From contig JBMFOP010000064.1 in the NCBI GenBank assembly GCA_049969675.1, positions 1-18,211 on the forward strand: 18,211 bases of DNA. The letters are read 5' to 3'. How positions within the stretch are numbered: the stretch's first letter is position 1; each line of letters opens with the position of its first letter. Position numbers and translations under genes: made by a program. Of the stretch, positions 16,028 through 18,211 are shown one piece after another. This DNA comes from Myxococcota bacterium (GTDB taxonomy: Bacteria; Myxococcota; SpSt-1050). Below the pieces are notes generated by a model. It was given only the letters and a program-made list of their open reading frames with translations. It was not told the DNA's origin and searched no databases.

Positions 16028-17069
16028 GTGTCTCGTAACAGGTGCCTGTGGTTTTATTGGCTCACATATGGTTGAGCTATTGGCTGAGAATGGGCACGAG
16101 GTTATAGCAACAGATGTTCAGTCAACCATCAATGCACAGGAGCCCATCAAGAAGGAGTGTGTGCTCACAACTCAGAAGATGGCTTCAAAGCTGATTCCCT
16201 GTGACATCACGAGTCAGAAAGAGGTGGAGAAATTACCACTGGATGTGGATTATGTCTTCCATGTCGCATCTGTCTTCAGCTATTCAGCACCATGGGAGGT
16301 GCTCTACAGGGTCAATGTGCAGGGGACTGTAAACCTGCTTGAGGCAATCAGAAAGGGTCAGGGGATAAGGCGATTTGTACTCTGGGGAGCAGGTGGAGTT
16401 TATGGTGAGCCAAAACCAGAATATACCCCGTTCACAGAAGAGACACCACCTGATCCTCCCAACAATTATCAGAGAGCAAAGTGGTTTCAGGAATATACCA
16501 CGATGCTCTATGGTAAAAAATATGGTATTAAGTATACAATCTTAAGACCAACCACTGTATATGGTATCAGACAGTTTTATGGAGGTGTAGATTTTTTAAG
16601 AACCGGACATAAGGCAGCCGTTCTGGGTTTGCCAGCAAATATGAATACACATATCCCATTTGTGCATGTAAAAGATGTCTGCAATATGGCTCTCTATCTT
16701 GCACAGAAGACAGAGGCTGAAAACGAAATATACAACTCAAATGATGATTCAAAGATGACGATGATAGAGGTAATGAGATTTATCGCAGCCATTTATGGAA
16801 AGCCCTTTGTCCTGCTTCCGCCTCTTCCAATGGGTACAATTAAGGACCTTCTTTTATTTATAGCAGATCTTGAAGGATATATCACTCAAAGGGTCCTGAA
16901 GAAGAAGGGACTTCTGGAGAAGGATCAGATCGGAATGATGAATCTGGACTTTCTCTACTCCAATGAAAAGTTGAAGGCGACTGGCTATAAATTCCTCTAT
17001 CCCGACCCGAAAGAAGGGCTAATAGAGGCAAAGAAATGGTATGAAGAGGGCAGATATTTTGACAGGTAA
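16014..17069 (+). CDS. Extended SDR, NAD-dependent epimerase/dehydratase or 3-beta-HSD-like (351 aa)
   Basis: Start moved to ATG 16014 (AAGGAGGT at 16001-16008; 14-nt overlap with the GntR gene). Motifs TGACGFIG, VFHVAS, VNVQGT, YQRAK (YxxxK), LRPTTVYG, FVHVKDV. Confidence 0.88.
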   Translation: MPKYKCLVTGACGFIGSHMVELLAENGHEVIATDVQSTINAQEPIKKECVLTTQKMASKLIPCDITSQKEVEKLPLDVDYVFHVASVFSYSAPWEVLYRVNVQGTVNLLEAIRKGQGIRRFVLWGAGGVYGEPKPEYTPFTEETPPDPPNNYQRAKWFQEYTTMLYGKKYGIKYTILRPTTVYGIRQFYGGVDFLRTGHKAAVLGLPANMNTHIPFVHVKDVCNMALYLAQKTEAENEIYNSNDDSKMTMIEVMRFIAAIYGKPFVLLPPLPMGTIKDLLLFIADLEGYITQRVLKKKGLLEKDQIGMMNLDFLYSNEKLKATGYKFLYPDPKEGLIEAKKWYEEGRYFDR

Positions 17070-17086
17070 TAAATAAGGAGGTTATT

Positions 17087-17632
17087 ATGAAACATAAAGA
17101 GAAGAAGATGGCCTATATTGAACTTGCACTCAGCTCAAATGACAAACTTGAATCCATTATGCAGAGCGGGACAACACCAGATGTGAGAGACCTTGCGGGA
17201 TGGGAATTCAAAGGATATAATACATTTGACCTTACTGGGCTATTGGGTTTTAGAAAATTTAAGAAAGGGTTTACTGCAGATTCTGAACCGAAGTCCCCCA
17301 CAGATAGAATAAAAGGGTATAATCTAAAAGTCGTTCAGAATGGGATTGTTGATGATTGGATAGATACCGGTGCACCGAGATATGCATTTTATGAAGTATA
17401 TCCAGCAAAGGATGACCCTATAGACAACAAATATCCAAATGCCATCCTTATCAATTATGGTGCAAGCGATAAAAATCCAATATATGACCCTGCAAGACTT
17501 CTGAGAGACTACCTGGTACAGGTATACCCGGATAATAAGGACCTCTTTTTGGGAAAGGCTTATGTGGCAATCGGCAGGGCGAGAATCTTCGTCTCCTATT
17601 TTGTTCTGGAGCGACATAATAAGAACAGTTAA
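17087..17632 (+). CDS. Hypothetical cytoplasmic protein (181 aa), possibly a beta-barrel
   Basis: Strong SD TAAGGAGGT at 17074-17082, 17 nt after the SDR stop, no signal peptide. Conserved-looking segments DLAGWEFKGYN, FRKFKKGF, LRDYLVQV, LFLGKAY, YFVLER. Confidence 0.75.
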   Translation: MKHKEKKMAYIELALSSNDKLESIMQSGTTPDVRDLAGWEFKGYNTFDLTGLLGFRKFKKGFTADSEPKSPTDRIKGYNLKVVQNGIVDDWIDTGAPRYAFYEVYPAKDDPIDNKYPNAILINYGASDKNPIYDPARLLRDYLVQVYPDNKDLFLGKAYVAIGRARIFVSYFVLERHNKNS

Positions 17633-17806
17633 ACAAAACATCCTGATTGTAGTACCATACTCATTATAAGAAAATATTACTATATTATTCTTACTTCTCT
17701 AAATTCTCTAAAATTGGTAAATTCACATTTTCAAAATCAGGCTACCTCCCTTTTTTCTTCACTATCCATAAAATGCTGTCCAATTTGAATATCTTTTATA
17801 AAAAAC

Positions 17807-17832
17807 AGGGGCTAATAATTATTAGCCCCTAC
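17807..17832 (-). repeat. Perfect 24-bp palindrome with GTAG end (REP-like; may also act as a minus-strand terminator)
   Basis: AGGGGCTAATAA|TTATTAGCCCCT at 17807-17830. The minus strand reads GTAGGGGCTAATAATTATTAGCCCCT followed by GTTTTTT. Confidence 0.65.
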
Positions 17833-17922
17833 AATCTCTAAATCAGACTAATTTAAAATACCTCAAATTGCCCTTAACTACTAAACTCCTTAATTCCTAG
17901 CTCTGACTTTGTCTCTATCACT

Positions 17923-18124
17923 ATTCCCCTCATTAAGAGGGGTGTCCGAAGGACGAGGTGTTTAATTCCCCGCTTTGAGAGGGGTCAGGGGTGTTTAGAT
18001 AGGTGTCCTGAAAGGATGGGCTATTCCCTGCTTCCCCTCTTTGAAAGGGTCAAGGATGTTTAGAAGGGGTGTCTTAGACTACCCCGTCCGCCTATGGCGT
18101 CCACCCCTTCTATGAAGGGGAATT
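17923..18124. repeat. Cluster of four related GC-rich palindromic repeat units (three forward, one inverted)
   Basis: Units start TTCCCC(T/G)..AGGG(G)T at about 17923, 17965 and 18032 on +, and at 18124 on - (AATTCCCCTTCATAGAAGGGGTGGACGCCATAGGCGGACGGGGTAG). Confidence 0.75.
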
Positions 18125-18211
18125 GAGAGAGAATTTGTAATTTGTAATTTGAACTGAACTATATGCTTACTCTATTTTGCCTTTTTACGATTTTATAATT
18201 TTTATCTGTTC

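Noticed and set aside
1860..17641. Numerous short antisense or alternate-frame ORFs inside the long genes (e.g. 1860-2171, 4586-4897, 6397-6831, 11175-11606, 13243-13659, 13749-13964, 17324-17641)
   Set aside because: They overlap well-supported genes largely or entirely and show no recognisable motifs.
17737..17769. Minus-strand mini-ORF MDSEEKREVA, considered as a gene or IS remnant
   Set aside because: Too short, no recognisable homology, and no paired terminal inverted repeats or target duplication seen.
17923..18124. CRISPR array or tRNA interpretation of the repeat cluster
   Set aside because: Units are divergent, irregularly spaced, in mixed orientation and lack unique spacers of constant length. 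No cas genes, cloverleaf or T-loop motif were seen.

Overview
Bacterial genomic window, roughly 40% GC by eye, with purine-rich coding strands. The Cys-rich GCxC lipoproteins and a 7-POTRA Omp85 suggest a Myxococcota/deltaproteobacterial origin (inference). Left to right: (1) the 5' part of a minus-strand surface lipoprotein gene with Cys-rich repeats and ASH/Ig-like domains, running off the left edge and missing from the ORF track; (2) a stand-alone tryptophanase; (3) a tightly packed ~10.6 kb plus-strand cluster: small lipoprotein, orphan GspE/PilB secretion ATPase, Ycf46-like AAA+ ATPase, TamB, and an Omp85 (TamA/BamA-like) with about 7 POTRA domains; (4) a convergent FAD-dependent oxidoreductase; (5) a FadR-type GntR regulator, extended SDR and unknown 181-aa protein, preceded by a palindromic operator; (6) a non-coding tail with a GTAG-type palindrome and four related double-hairpin repeats. 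No rRNA, tRNA, CRISPR array or transposase was seen. The best candidate for an undescribed system is the two-ATPase plus TamB/Omp85 cluster.
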